This document shows, one piece after another, positions 38,623 through 49,113 of a stretch of DNA of 64,000 bases. The position numbers and the translations under genes were made by a program. Source of the DNA: a virus; the IMG/VR virus record IMGVR_UViG_3300047496_000172, positions 32,001-96,000 of that record; one strand, 5' to 3'. The first letter of the stretch is position 1. Each line of letters starts with the position of its first letter. A model generated the notes under the pieces. That model ran no database searches and was not told where the DNA came from. It was given only the letters and a program-made list of their open reading frames with translations.

Positions 38623-39359
38623 TGTTTGATTCCGAGTACGAAGAACCCGTTGTAGTACCGCCAGTTAACGAAATTGTAAAACCTAATACGGGCGGTCATA
38701 AAAAAACTCAAGAAGAAATTAATAGAGGATGTATCGAAAAAAGTAAAATATATCCAATAGCGTATGAAGTGCGCCGAATGTATCTTGATGGCGCAAGTAT
38801 TGATGAAATTGCATACAGTTTTCAGGGGTTAACCCGAAATCATATAGCTGGTTATGTAAGCCGCAATAATCTTAAGAGACCTTCCGTAGCTCAAACAGGA
38901 AAACCAAGATTTGTGCGCCCGGTTGTACCACTTGAAATAAAGCCTGAAGAAATAGTAAACGTGCCATCTACCCCCCAATTCATTGAACCGTCAAAGCCAA
39001 AAACTATTGCAGATATTTGTGAAAATATCCGTGAAGAAGTAGTCAAAGCCAAGGAACTGAAGACTAAAAGAGTAGATTTAGCGGCGGAACAACGGCGAAT
39101 TATAGCCAGCAAAATCCTTAGAATTCGAGCCCAAGAACGTATCTTGGCTAAGAAAGAAGATATCGTTGTCGTGGTCAAAAACTTCATAAATGAAGGCAAA
39201 ACGATTTCGCAGTCAAGCGATGGATGCTGGTATCCAATAGGAGAAAAACCCAGTAGACCTGCCGAACAAAAATTCTGTGCTCGACCACAAGCCGCCGGAA
39301 GTCGATTTTGTGCGGAGCATCAAGAAGTTGCTTGTAGACCAGCAACAAGGGTAAGATAA
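38622..39359 (+). CDS. gcrA: GcrA cell-cycle regulator homolog
   Basis: MYLDGASIDEIA..F.GLTRNHIAGYV.R; CWYPIGE...FC...FCAEH. Confidence 0.75.
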   Translation: MFDSEYEEPVVVPPVNEIVKPNTGGHKKTQEEINRGCIEKSKIYPIAYEVRRMYLDGASIDEIAYSFQGLTRNHIAGYVSRNNLKRPSVAQTGKPRFVRPVVPLEIKPEEIVNVPSTPQFIEPSKPKTIADICENIREEVVKAKELKTKRVDLAAEQRRIIASKILRIRAQERILAKKEDIVVVVKNFINEGKTISQSSDGCWYPIGEKPSRPAEQKFCARPQAAGSRFCAEHQEVACRPATRVR

Positions 39360-39728
39360 TGACTGAAGTGAAGCCACGGAAACAACCTTCAAAGTTGGAT
39401 GTGAAAGTTGCGATATTTGGTTTACGATAGGATATCAATTACCTTCTCCACAAGAACGTTGGAATAAACGTGGATATATCCGGATAATGTTGGACCAGTT
39501 GCTAAAAATAATCACTACGAAGGTCCAGACTAATGAAGATTCTATTGGCGTAATATTAGTCAGTATTTCAGTTATTTTTGCCCTATACTTGATGTTTTTT
39601 TGCATATAGCTATGCTACATAATGTTTTTGAAATTTTATTTATTGCGGGTTTTTGTATTTTATTTGTATGTATTTTTATAGAAAAATTTTCTTCTTGACT
39701 TATATTTAAAGTCAAGTATCATGTATGA

Positions 39729-41117
39729 ATGATTTATTTCCAGGATTCATTATCGCGAAATAAAGTCCCGTTTGTTCCACAAGATCAAACGAACGTCACT
39801 TTGTATGCTTGCGGTATAACGCCCTATTCCACTCCACATATCGGCAACGCTCGCCCTGCTATTATTTTCGACGTGCTGTTTCGACTGCTTCGGCATACAT
39901 ACGGCGACGATTCCGTGGTTTATACGCGAAATATAACAGACGTTGACGACAAGATCATAGCTCGCGCCAAGGAAAATGGTGAGAGTATTTCTGATTTAAC
40001 TAATCGAACTATTGAAGAATATCACGAGGCTATGTGGCAACTTAATGTTAAGCCGCCAACTGAAGAGCCTAGAGTCACCCAATATATTGATCGTATTATA
40101 GATCAAATTATTGAAATTATTGGAAATGGACACGCTTACTATACGAATGGACATATTCTTTTCGATATCGCTTCTTTTCCTGATCACGGAAAACTATCAG
40201 GACACCAACAGGAAAACCTACAATCAGGACATAGAATTCTTGCCCATGAAGATATAAATGGGAAGAAATCTCTTGGGGATTTTGTTCTCTGGAAACCCGT
40301 CCCAAATAACCAACCCGGTTGGATGAGCCCTTGGGGCTATGGTCGTATGGGATGGCATATCGAATGCTCGTCCATGATCGCAAAAATTTATGGAAAGAAA
40401 ACTATCGATATTCACGGCGGCGGCGCCGATCTGCGTTTTCCTCATCATGATTGCGAGATCAGCCAATTTTCTGCTGCTAATAAAAAGCCATTGGCTAACT
40501 ATTGGCTGCACAACGCCATGATTACCGTTGACGGGCAGAAAATGTCCAAGTCCCTCGGAAACATTATCACTGTTGAACAAATGCTTGATAAATATAATGG
40601 ACAAGTCATTCGTCTGGCTTTGTTAAGCACACATTATCAATCGCCTCTAGATTGGACCAATAGTCTGTTGGAAAATGCCAAACAAACCCTCACAGGTTGG
40701 CACAGAGCGTTGTTAGACATCGAAGGTCTTGCGATCCCGGTGAGGGAAGAAACTCACTCAGTGGCCATCCTAGAGCCGTTAAATAGTGATTTAAATGTCC
40801 CTCTGGCCATTGCAAAGCTGCATGAGAAAATTGGCGATATGCGAGCGACTTCTGACATAACTGTTAAGAAAGAAATTGCTGCGGGCATTCGTTATGCTGC
40901 TTCAATCCTTGGTATAAATCTTAGCGATAACTATGGATATTTGAAGGGTGGTATACTTGGACCGCAAATATATAAGATTCATCAGCTGATGGCTGATCGT
41001 AAAGCGGCCAGAGAGAACAAGAATTGGAAGCAGGCCGATTCTATCAGAAAAGAATTGATTGATCTTGGTATATCAGTAGAAGATACTTCTTCTGGTTCGG
41101 TATGGTGGAAGTCATGA
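39729..41117 (+). CDS. cysS: Cysteinyl-tRNA synthetase
   Basis: YACG.TPY..PHIGNAR, NITDVDDKII, DFVLWK, GWHIECS, HGGGADL.FPHH, KMSKSLGN. Confidence 0.96.
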   Translation: MIYFQDSLSRNKVPFVPQDQTNVTLYACGITPYSTPHIGNARPAIIFDVLFRLLRHTYGDDSVVYTRNITDVDDKIIARAKENGESISDLTNRTIEEYHEAMWQLNVKPPTEEPRVTQYIDRIIDQIIEIIGNGHAYYTNGHILFDIASFPDHGKLSGHQQENLQSGHRILAHEDINGKKSLGDFVLWKPVPNNQPGWMSPWGYGRMGWHIECSSMIAKIYGKKTIDIHGGGADLRFPHHDCEISQFSAANKKPLANYWLHNAMITVDGQKMSKSLGNIITVEQMLDKYNGQVIRLALLSTHYQSPLDWTNSLLENAKQTLTGWHRALLDIEGLAIPVREETHSVAILEPLNSDLNVPLAIAKLHEKIGDMRATSDITVKKEIAAGIRYAASILGINLSDNYGYLKGGILGPQIYKIHQLMADRKAARENKNWKQADSIRKELIDLGISVEDTSSGSVWWKS

Positions 41118-41383
41118 ATAAAGAAGAAAAAATAGCAAATTTTCTTTTGAGAGAAGTCAATAGTATTGATTATGCTCAATGTGAAAAATTAGCTTCAAAA
41201 ATAATGAATATTATTGAACCAACTCCAAAAATAAGTAAATACGTTTCAGAAGAAAATGCATATGATAAAGGATATACTTCAGGTTTAGCAGATGTTGATG
41301 AATGTCCGTATAGTCTTGAAGACCAAACTTCCTTGTATAATCAATGGTGGGAAGGTTATAATAATGGTTGGCACAGAAGATGA
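41102..41383 (+). CDS. Protein with C-terminal ribosome modulation factor (RMF)-like motif
   Basis: AYDKGYTSG...CPY......QWWEGY. Confidence 0.55.
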   Translation: MVEVMNKEEKIANFLLREVNSIDYAQCEKLASKIMNIIEPTPKISKYVSEENAYDKGYTSGLADVDECPYSLEDQTSLYNQWWEGYNNGWHRR

Positions 41384-42054
41384 GAATTATATCACCATTT
41401 AAGGATTATTACGATCACATTGCTTACATTTATGGAGGCGGTGATCCTAAGATTGTCTACGAACGTCGTAAGAGAATCGCCGACGAAGACTTGCAGTTTT
41501 CATCGGAACGTGTTCTTTGTAACGCTAATAATGATAAATATTTGAATTCAGTTAGCCCGGTTAAATCTAAAGGAACACTGTGTGTTGCTGGTAGAATTTT
41601 CATCCTTCTACATGATACCGAAACAAACGAAGTGTTTGTGCATAATCCAAAGAAACGAGATGATTATGTTCGATATGGATATTCTATTTTCGCCAAAAAG
41701 AAGAGAGAAAAAGAGTATGATCTTACGGAAGTAAACTATGGTGCTACGGTTTTGTCTAAATTAGCTAAGGCTCCTGTATTTCTTCTCAAAGAAACGATTT
41801 ATAATCATAGTGCGCGTGAGTGGACTCATGTCATTGATAAAAATACGCCGATTCTTGCAACAATTGGATTGGCTCCTATATATCCGCCAGAGCAAATATA
41901 TCAGGATTTAGCTTATTTCATTACCAATTTGATGAATGACTCTCCGGATATGATGCCGACGACTAATCAGCCGGATAAGCAAAAAATTGAAGCACATGGC
42001 TTCGACTTGAAGAAGTCTTTTAGACATAGGAAGGACGATAATGGCCAAGGGTAA
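41380..42054 (+). CDS. Conserved phage hypothetical protein
   Basis: MRIISPFKDYYD...KIEAHGFDLKKSFR. Confidence 0.7.
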   Translation: MRIISPFKDYYDHIAYIYGGGDPKIVYERRKRIADEDLQFSSERVLCNANNDKYLNSVSPVKSKGTLCVAGRIFILLHDTETNEVFVHNPKKRDDYVRYGYSIFAKKKREKEYDLTEVNYGATVLSKLAKAPVFLLKETIYNHSAREWTHVIDKNTPILATIGLAPIYPPEQIYQDLAYFITNLMNDSPDMMPTTNQPDKQKIEAHGFDLKKSFRHRKDDNGQG

Positions 42055-42176
42055 GAAACGAAATGATGAAAAGAATTTTATCAATGATCAGAAGAAATCC
42101 GTTCTCGAAAGAGATCGTTTGAAGACTTTGGCGGCTGGATTTGACTTGAAGGTCTCCTTTCGAAAAAGAAAAGACG

Positions 42177-42380
42177 ATGGTAAAGGTGAAAGATAACCTG
42201 AACGATCCTTTGCTTGAACGTTTTCGGGCTGGACGGGATGCAGCCAACGAAGGAAAATTTGGGCCTCGCCTTGATGATCTCAATGATCAAGAATTGCGAG
42301 CACTTTTGTTTGGGCAACGTTCTCGAAAACTTTCAGATAAACTTAGTGCCTTTTTTTGTAATTTATGGAAGAAGAAATGA
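42177..42380 (+). CDS. Hypothetical protein
   Basis: Short ORF in operon. Confidence 0.4.
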   Translation: MVKVKDNLNDPLLERFRAGRDAANEGKFGPRLDDLNDQELRALLFGQRSRKLSDKLSAFFCNLWKKK

Positions 42381-43012
42381 TTATAGATTACGTTTCAGAT
42401 TTGCATATCGATGAATGTTCTATGGGCGGGCCATTTGGTTGGATGGGCAATTATGATTTTTCTAAACGCAAGTCTAATAACGCTACGACCCTAGTTGTGG
42501 CTGGAGATACTTCGGAATGCATGGATGATACTATTGATTTTTATAATGCTGCTACTCAGCATTATGAGCATATTATTGGTATTTTTGGTAATCATGAAAA
42601 GCCACCTTTGAGAAAATCTCTACTTCCAAACGTTCATTTGTTGGAAAATCTTCCTCTGAATACTAAAAAAATTGATAACATTGTTTTTATTGGTTCCAAT
42701 GCCAATAGAGATAATGTAGCGAATTCAATTAACTTTCATCAAAATGAAAATGTTGACCATATAGTTGCTGTAGTCCATGAAGTACCATTAGTTGATTTGA
42801 AACTGTTAGGTATTGAAAGCAATAATAAATGTAATAATTTGTTGGCTTTGCTTGTCGAGCCTATAAAGCCAACAACTATTATTTTTGGACATTTGCATCT
42901 TGAAGTTGATATTTTTCATGCAGGTTTTCATTTGTTGAGTAATCCTCGTGGTTATCGAGGGATGAGACGAGATAAGACTGCTTTTCATGCCTTCAAAACT
43001 TTAAAGTTGTAG
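42365..43012 (+). CDS. Metallophosphoesterase
   Basis: SDLHID, AGD, GNHE, GHLH, NPRGY. Confidence 0.85.
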   Translation: MEEEMIIDYVSDLHIDECSMGGPFGWMGNYDFSKRKSNNATTLVVAGDTSECMDDTIDFYNAATQHYEHIIGIFGNHEKPPLRKSLLPNVHLLENLPLNTKKIDNIVFIGSNANRDNVANSINFHQNENVDHIVAVVHEVPLVDLKLLGIESNNKCNNLLALLVEPIKPTTIIFGHLHLEVDIFHAGFHLLSNPRGYRGMRRDKTAFHAFKTLKL

Positions 43013-43534
43013 TTCTCCGAAGTTAGGATCACCATTAAATTTATCAATATCAATTTCATTAGGTAATACACCAGTAGTAATATATTTTCTTATGTCATTT
43101 TTATCTTCAAATTTAGTTTCTATTTTATCGATCTTTATGGCCATTTTGTGTAATTCACCATGAAGTTCAGTAAAGAACAATTTTACAAGTCTTCTAATTG
43201 CTTTTCCACTATATTTACCGCCTTCAAAAATCATATATTTTCCTGGATTTTGACGATCTTGGCCCGCTATTCTTATCCATCCGTGTTTCATAGCTAAAAA
43301 TTTATAAAGTTCTGTTGCAGAATAAGAACTTAAAGATTGAAATTCTGCTGAGTTTTTCAAATCAGCAATTTCTTCTGAAGTGACGCCATAAAGTTCAGGT
43401 TTTTCCTTTACGGCGCCACCATGTGAGGTAAACACAGGAATAAATTCACGAAGCTCTGGATTATACCAGCTTCTATAGCCAAATCTATACGCTATTGATG
43501 GTGCTTCAACAATATACTGAAAAATAGAAACCAT
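43001..43534 (-). CDS. Putative late/capsid-internal protein
   Basis: ATAAATA 4 nt upstream; SIFQYIVE leader; W..P...H...GWIRI domain. Confidence 0.6.
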   Translation of the reverse strand: MVSIFQYIVEAPSIAYRFGYRSWYNPELREFIPVFTSHGGAVKEKPELYGVTSEEIADLKNSAEFQSLSSYSATELYKFLAMKHGWIRIAGQDRQNPGKYMIFEGGKYSGKAIRRLVKLFFTELHGELHKMAIKIDKIETKFEDKNDIRKYITTGVLPNEIDIDKFNGDPNFGELQL

Positions 43535-43614
43535 ATTTTATTTATCCGCGATCTTGATATAAATGAACCTCGGAAAATATTGAAATAAAATAATGGACAT
43601 GCTATCTATGATTT

Positions 43615-44457
43615 ATGAGCGATTTGATTTTGGCTGCCGCTGGCGGATATTCTTGGAACAATATAGATGTTTGGGCCATTAGCTTAAGAGCTTCTGGTTA
43701 TGAAGGAGATGTTGGAGTCGTTTTATATGATAATCCAAATAATCCTCGTCAAGAAACAAAAATCAATATCGAAAATCTATCAATTTTAGGTATACAAGTT
43801 TTTCTTAAACCTCTTTCCGAATCTATATATAACCAACGTTTCGATGATTTTTATCAGATAATCAGAAGTGTTCAAGATGATCTTAGATATGTCATAGTCA
43901 CAGATATTCGTGATGTGTTATTTCAAACCAATCCTGTAACTTGGTTGGAAGAAAACCTGTCTAAAAAATTATATGCGGTATCAGAGGGTATTCTTTATCA
44001 GAATGAACCATGGGGCCGCGATAATGTCATACAAGGTTTTCCTACTCACGCTCCACGGCTTTTAGAAAATTGCATTTATAATGTTGGAGTATTGGCAGGC
44101 GAAGCTCGTATGGTGGCGGATATCTGTCTTGCGACATCTATGATGGCTAAAGCATCAGGTTTCCCTATAGCAGATCAGAGCGGATATAATTTTCTACTCG
44201 ACATGGAGGCATATAAAGACGCCGTTCAATATGGAAAAAGTGAGGATGGTTTTACTTGTATGGCCGGAACATTTTCTGATCCAACCAAAATCGACGCCTT
44301 TCGTCCGAATTTACTTGAACCTGAACCATACCTTGATGTAGAAGGCGTTAAAACGAATTCTGGAAAGCTTTTTTCTATAGTTCATCAATATGACCGAGTT
44401 CCAGCCTGGAATCTTCAGCTTCGCCAAGATTTAAATAACAAAATTCACACAACGTAA
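43615..44457 (+). CDS. Putative glycosyltransferase
   Basis: TDIRDVLFQ.NP, NVGVLAG, DQ..YN, VHQYDR. Confidence 0.65.
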   Translation: MSDLILAAAGGYSWNNIDVWAISLRASGYEGDVGVVLYDNPNNPRQETKINIENLSILGIQVFLKPLSESIYNQRFDDFYQIIRSVQDDLRYVIVTDIRDVLFQTNPVTWLEENLSKKLYAVSEGILYQNEPWGRDNVIQGFPTHAPRLLENCIYNVGVLAGEARMVADICLATSMMAKASGFPIADQSGYNFLLDMEAYKDAVQYGKSEDGFTCMAGTFSDPTKIDAFRPNLLEPEPYLDVEGVKTNSGKLFSIVHQYDRVPAWNLQLRQDLNNKIHTT

Positions 44458-44464
44458 GGCAACT

Positions 44465-44968
44465 TTGATGAATGTTCTAAAGATTTTTGGGTTTCAAAAA
44501 GAAGAACGTAAAGCTATTTACGAACAACAAATAGCTAATGATTTTGAAATAGTTAAAAGGGCTAGTTTAGCTATAGATAAAGCTATTGAAGATTATAAAA
44601 TTAATGAACCTCGATATAGAATAAAATTATATGATGATGGTTTTTATTGTGAATATCTAGCAGCAAATCATCCACATCATTATAAAAATTATTCCTACGA
44701 ATATTATAATTTTAGATTTTATGATGAAAATGGTAAAGTGATACCAGAATATTTCAGTGATATAGGTCTCCGAAGACAAATTGCTACTTATCCTCAATTA
44801 TTTTATTTTAATTTTCTATCTAAACCCATTGAAATAATAGAAAAATGGGAAGCCATTACACTGTCACGGTTTAAGAAATATGAAGACGCTGAAAAATTTC
44901 TAGATCGTCGTTTGCGTCCGGAAGCGTATACTACCTATTTCACCAGCGAAGGATTTAAGGTAGGTTGA
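44465..44968 (+). CDS. Hypothetical protein
   Basis: ORF in operon. Confidence 0.55.
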   Translation: MMNVLKIFGFQKEERKAIYEQQIANDFEIVKRASLAIDKAIEDYKINEPRYRIKLYDDGFYCEYLAANHPHHYKNYSYEYYNFRFYDENGKVIPEYFSDIGLRRQIATYPQLFYFNFLSKPIEIIEKWEAITLSRFKKYEDAEKFLDRRLRPEAYTTYFTSEGFKVG

Positions 44969-45141
44969 ACCAAGAGAACTAGGCAGACAATCTAGTGGAT
45001 TATGACGGACAAAAGAATGGAAGAAAATAAAATGACGTTAATCGAAAATTTATTAGCAGAACGTGATATCCATACGGCAAGAATGAAAAAGCTCGATAAG
45101 GCGATTAACGCTATTAGAGAAGTATGCGAACACGGTCATAA

Positions 45142-45612
45142 ATGACAAGCTGGGATGATCATTGGATGGGCCTTGCCCGATATGTTGCTAAATCCAAGAG
45201 CAAGGATCGTAGCCGTAAAGTAGCCGCAGTCATTGTCAATAATGACAATGTAGATGTCGCTACCGGATGGAATGGGTTTCCACGAGGCATCAACGATGAT
45301 GTAGAAGAACGTCACCAGCGGCCAGCGAAATATCGCTATTCGGTTCACGCAGAATTGAACGCGATCACAAATAGTGCCAGGACCGGTCGGGCGACTTATG
45401 GATGTAAGATGTATCAAACCTTGTATTGTTGTTCGTCTTGTAGTTTAGCCATAATTCAAGCAGGTATTAAAGAAATAATTACTATCGAACCAGATTGGAA
45501 TGATGCCACTTATTCTGAAGATTACAAGTATAGCAAGGAATTATTAGCTGAAGCTGGAGTGAATGTTCGTTTTATGGAAGGCGAACATGCCCAAAGAATT
45601 GAGATTATATGA
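45142..45612 (+). CDS. dCMP deaminase family
   Basis: SKDRS.KVAAV, GWNG.PRG, VHAELNAI, CSSC...IIQAGI. Confidence 0.88.
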   Translation: MTSWDDHWMGLARYVAKSKSKDRSRKVAAVIVNNDNVDVATGWNGFPRGINDDVEERHQRPAKYRYSVHAELNAITNSARTGRATYGCKMYQTLYCCSSCSLAIIQAGIKEIITIEPDWNDATYSEDYKYSKELLAEAGVNVRFMEGEHAQRIEII

Positions 45613-46025
45613 AAGAATTAGAAACTTATATTGTAGATTTTCATAAACCTAATATATTTGGAGGAAACGCATCTGAATTTTTATTTGAATGGTTATCCTC
45701 CGTTATTGGAAATTGCTGGGGATATTTAGGAGAAAAAGATGAAGTTTATAGTTTCATATTTTTCTCCGAATACACTAAAGAGTTATTTCAAAATTATTTA
45801 ATTACGAATTATAGTTGGTCAGCAATCGATTATAAACCAAATCCAGTACAGTTTCCAAGATTATATTGGGAAATGGTACTTGACCCTGAAATTATTGACT
45901 GGCTTGTCGAAAATATGGGAGAACGGCATAAATCATGGGATTACGAACCGCGCGATTACAATCTCTTTACGTTATATTTTAAAAACATTAATGATGCTTT
46001 ATTTTTCAAAATGCGGTGGTATTGA
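45609..46025 (+). CDS. 'FKMRW' family protein with a duplicated domain
   Basis: Two WL...G..W...F units; ends DALFFKMRWY. Confidence 0.7.
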   Translation: MKELETYIVDFHKPNIFGGNASEFLFEWLSSVIGNCWGYLGEKDEVYSFIFFSEYTKELFQNYLITNYSWSAIDYKPNPVQFPRLYWEMVLDPEIIDWLVENMGERHKSWDYEPRDYNLFTLYFKNINDALFFKMRWY

Positions 46026-46432
46026 TGAAGGAACTTGATACTTACATCGTTTCATTTTATCAAGGTAATATCGAAGATTTATTCGAATGGCTTTTTGAAA
46101 ACTTCGGTAATAGTTGGGGTTTTATGGGACAGAAAACTGAATGGTCTTATGATTTCATATTGTTTAACGAACATCACAAAAACTTTTTCTATGACTATTT
46201 GAAGAAACAATATGGTTGGTTTTCTGTCAACTATACGCAAAATAGAATTTTAATATCAGATAAAAATATGAGAAATCATAAAGAAATATACATGTGGCTT
46301 CTTGATAATATTGGAGAGCAAAGACTTAACTGGGATTTTGAAATGAGTATAACTATGCAGAAATTATTTGTATTTTTTGAAAATGTAGTAGATGCCATCC
46401 ATTTCAAGATGAGATGGGAAGAAGGCTCTTAA
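46025..46432 (+). CDS. 'FKMRW' family protein, tandem paralog
   Basis: MKELDTYIV, ends DAIHFKMRW. Confidence 0.7.
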   Translation: MKELDTYIVSFYQGNIEDLFEWLFENFGNSWGFMGQKTEWSYDFILFNEHHKNFFYDYLKKQYGWFSVNYTQNRILISDKNMRNHKEIYMWLLDNIGEQRLNWDFEMSITMQKLFVFFENVVDAIHFKMRWEEGS

Positions 46433-46884
46433 GTTTTTAATATATTCCACTTAATTTCTCGGTTAAGCATTTCAGCTATTTCCGTAACCATTGAAAAAAC
46501 ATAATACTGACTGTCTCTAGAAGTTGAAACTTCAAGATAATCTACCCCATTTTTAGAATAGGTTCCGATTCTAGCCCATCTATTTTTATAGATTTCTGAA
46601 TACAGTTCTTTGATTTTATCGCTCTGTTCGTTAGATTTCCATATTTCGAAGTTATGCCATTCAGGATGTTCTCCATCAGGAATCGAGTCACTATAAATAT
46701 GCATTTCTTGGTTTAAATAATCTTCAAAATCATTCCATTTTTTAGTAATACTTGGAATAAAATCTGGATGATCTTCAGTGAAGAATTCAATATGTCTATA
46801 AAAATCGACATAGTAAAGCGAAGTTTGGTTTACCCAACCAACCGCATTATTTTTCTTGAATTTCAAAATTTCAAACATATCCAT
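46429..46884 (-). CDS. Hypothetical protein
   Basis: GW....H...W.RI pattern shared with 43001..43534. Confidence 0.55.
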   Translation of the reverse strand: MDMFEILKFKKNNAVGWVNQTSLYYVDFYRHIEFFTEDHPDFIPSITKKWNDFEDYLNQEMHIYSDSIPDGEHPEWHNFEIWKSNEQSDKIKELYSEIYKNRWARIGTYSKNGVDYLEVSTSRDSQYYVFSMVTEIAEMLNREIKWNILKT

Positions 46885-46921
46885 ACAGATATATTATATA
46901 AAAGAATTATTTTGTCAATTC

Positions 46922-47377
46922 TTAAAGTTGAGCGATAGTGCCCTCACCATCCTGATTAGCAGGATCATGGCCGCCACTAAGTTTCCATGCGTATTGATGG
47001 CCTTCAATAGTATAACAAGAAAATTGCTCTAGTCGGTGAATATGTTCAGGCTGTTCAACTGTTTTTCCATTTACAAATGGATATATTTTAATAGTGGCAT
47101 ATCCTGGAAGTAAAGGCTCAAGAGCCTGCATAGTAGTAACAAGATTGACTGTATACGTTGCGTTCCCGTCGCTAACGGTATAACGACGGGAACCAACTTG
47201 TTTAACAATAGAGCCTTTGACGATTCCGCTGCCATTATTAAAATGGATAGCGATCTTACCCGGATCGCTTCCAATAAAATCTGACGGAATGACTGGCATT
47301 GTTAGTTCGTTTCGATGACAGCATGTAATAGAACATCTGTTCCTGGGCTGTAAGCCGGTGGAACAAACGTGTGCCAA
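46922..47377 (-). CDS. Putative structural protein (true start probably MPVIPS at ~47299)
   Basis: Paralog of 47302..47691 (H.N.G.G...G.I..Q....Y.V). Confidence 0.6.
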   Translation of the reverse strand: MAHVCSTGLQPRNRCSITCCHRNELTMPVIPSDFIGSDPGKIAIHFNNGSGIVKGSIVKQVGSRRYTVSDGNATYTVNLVTTMQALEPLLPGYATIKIYPFVNGKTVEQPEHIHRLEQFSCYTIEGHQYAWKLSGGHDPANQDGEGTIAQL

Positions 47378-47691
47378 ATATAATTTGGGCCTTCAGCGGT
47401 AGTCATTCTATGATAATCAATACTGGTGGCATGAACCGCTGTTTGAGAAACAACCCCAGCAGTTACCGGATAAGCTAAAATAGTCATACCACCAACAGGA
47501 ACTAAAGCGGTGTTGGTGACATTAGACAATTTAACATTACCGGCAATAATGCCATTGGAAGTAACGTCATAATATTTTGTATCAGTTTGATGTAAAATAT
47601 AACCAGAAGTAACTCCATTGCCAATATTGTAGTGAACCTTGATAGTTGTATTAGCTGTATTACCGAAATATTTTTTGTTTAGTGGATGCAT
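47302..47691 (-). CDS. Putative structural protein
   Basis: PLNKKYFG N-terminus; TATAAATA and GGGAG upstream. Confidence 0.65.
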   Translation of the reverse strand: MHPLNKKYFGNTANTTIKVHYNIGNGVTSGYILHQTDTKYYDVTSNGIIAGNVKLSNVTNTALVPVGGMTILAYPVTAGVVSQTAVHATSIDYHRMTTAEGPNYIWHTFVPPAYSPGTDVLLHAVIETN

Positions 47692-47794
47692 TTAGAAATC
47701 TCCCTTTCGAGACGCTTTATCTTATTTATACTAATCGAAAAATAATCTGGTTAACCAAAAAGAAATAAGGTATTATGACAAAAAGGAGATAACC

Positions 47795-48340
47795 ATGAAT
47801 ATAATTATTTTTGGGCCGCCCGCTGCCGGTAAAGGGGTTCAATCAAAAATTTTAACAGAGCAAGGGTTTATTCAACTTTCGACCGGAGAAATGTTGCGAG
47901 AAGAAATTAGAAATAAATCTCCTCTTGGTCTGTCTATTGCTGCCTCTATAGCAGAAGGTAAGTATGTATCCGATGAAACGGTATGTAAATTAATCGAAAA
48001 ACATCTCAATATATTGAATCAAACGAAAATTATCTTTGACGGTTTCCCTCGAACGGTCAACCAAGCCCGACTTCTTGATGATATGGTGACCGTAAATTTC
48101 GTAATCGAATTAAAGGTTGATCCAGAAGCTATGGCGGGACGGATCGCAGTTCGATATTTGGAGCAAAAACGTCCTGAAGATCATCCGGATGCTTTCCAAA
48201 CTCGTCTACAAGAATTTTACGAAAAAACCCTTCCAGTCCTTGATTATTATAAGGATCAAGGCAAAGTAAGAACCGTTGATGGTATGGCCGATATTGAAAC
48301 GGTTAGTTCAGCTATTTCCGCTCATGTAGGATGGGGATAA
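47795..48340 (+). CDS. adk: Adenylate kinase (short-LID type)
   Basis: GPPAAGKG, LSTGEMLR, DGFPRTV.QA. Confidence 0.9.
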   Translation: MNIIIFGPPAAGKGVQSKILTEQGFIQLSTGEMLREEIRNKSPLGLSIAASIAEGKYVSDETVCKLIEKHLNILNQTKIIFDGFPRTVNQARLLDDMVTVNFVIELKVDPEAMAGRIAVRYLEQKRPEDHPDAFQTRLQEFYEKTLPVLDYYKDQGKVRTVDGMADIETVSSAISAHVGWG

Positions 48341-48657
48341 TGAGTGTTGTAGAGAATGCTATACTTTCGATTTTAGCACTCATATTTTTTCTAAACCATT
48401 ATGTTGCTTTATGGGGCATAAGCAATATGATTGATAGAGAATCAAAAAATACAATGCTGGATGTAAAAGTTAGATACTATTGGAATAATTTACGAAAGCC
48501 AATGCTATGGTTTACTATCATAACTTCAGCATGGGGAGTGTTATCGTCCATATTTTTCCCTGTATCTTGTATTATTGGTTTAATCATTGCGGATGTTGCC
48601 GCAATATTTATTGCAATACGTTATGTCTCAAAACACTGCTATTTTTCAAATGAATAA
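48331..48657 (+). CDS. Membrane protein
   Basis: Three hydrophobic segments. Confidence 0.5.
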   Translation: MGIMSVVENAILSILALIFFLNHYVALWGISNMIDRESKNTMLDVKVRYYWNNLRKPMLWFTIITSAWGVLSSIFFPVSCIIGLIIADVAAIFIAIRYVSKHCYFSNE

Positions 48658-48801
48658 TCGCATAAAGTTTTGTAGAGAATATGGCGAGATGTCTATGGCT
48701 GAAGCAAAACGCGCAGTTTTAATACTATATTCAGTTCATATTTTTCTGGTCTTCTTATAACTTTAAATGATACACATCCTGAAAGTGTTGATAAAATTAT
48801 A

Positions 48802-49113
48802 CTAACCACGGAACGGTAAATATCCTTCCAACTTCGAAATAATATTCTCTTTTCCAACCGGGTTCTGACTATGAACGTAGAACTGAAAATTCTCTGGAAT
48901 AAACCGGCCGCCAGTGTCAAGATCGTGTTCGATCATCCAATTAACAATATCTGCGCCCGTAGGAACGCCATCTCCGAGATCATGATCTATACTGATGTAG
49001 GTTATCCGATGATTCGTCATCCAGGCTACAGCGTCTTTGTATGACCGTGCAATAAACCATTCATTTCCATCGTCGGGTGGAAATCGTTCATCATCGATGA
49101 AAAGTCTCATCAT
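48802..49113 (-). CDS. Cyclic-phosphate-processing receiver-like domain protein
   Basis: LFIDDER.P, ISIDHDLG, VHSQNPVG. Confidence 0.75.
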   Translation of the reverse strand: MMRLFIDDERFPPDDGNEWFIARSYKDAVAWMTNHRITYISIDHDLGDGVPTGADIVNWMIEHDLDTGGRFIPENFQFYVHSQNPVGKENIISKLEGYLPFRG

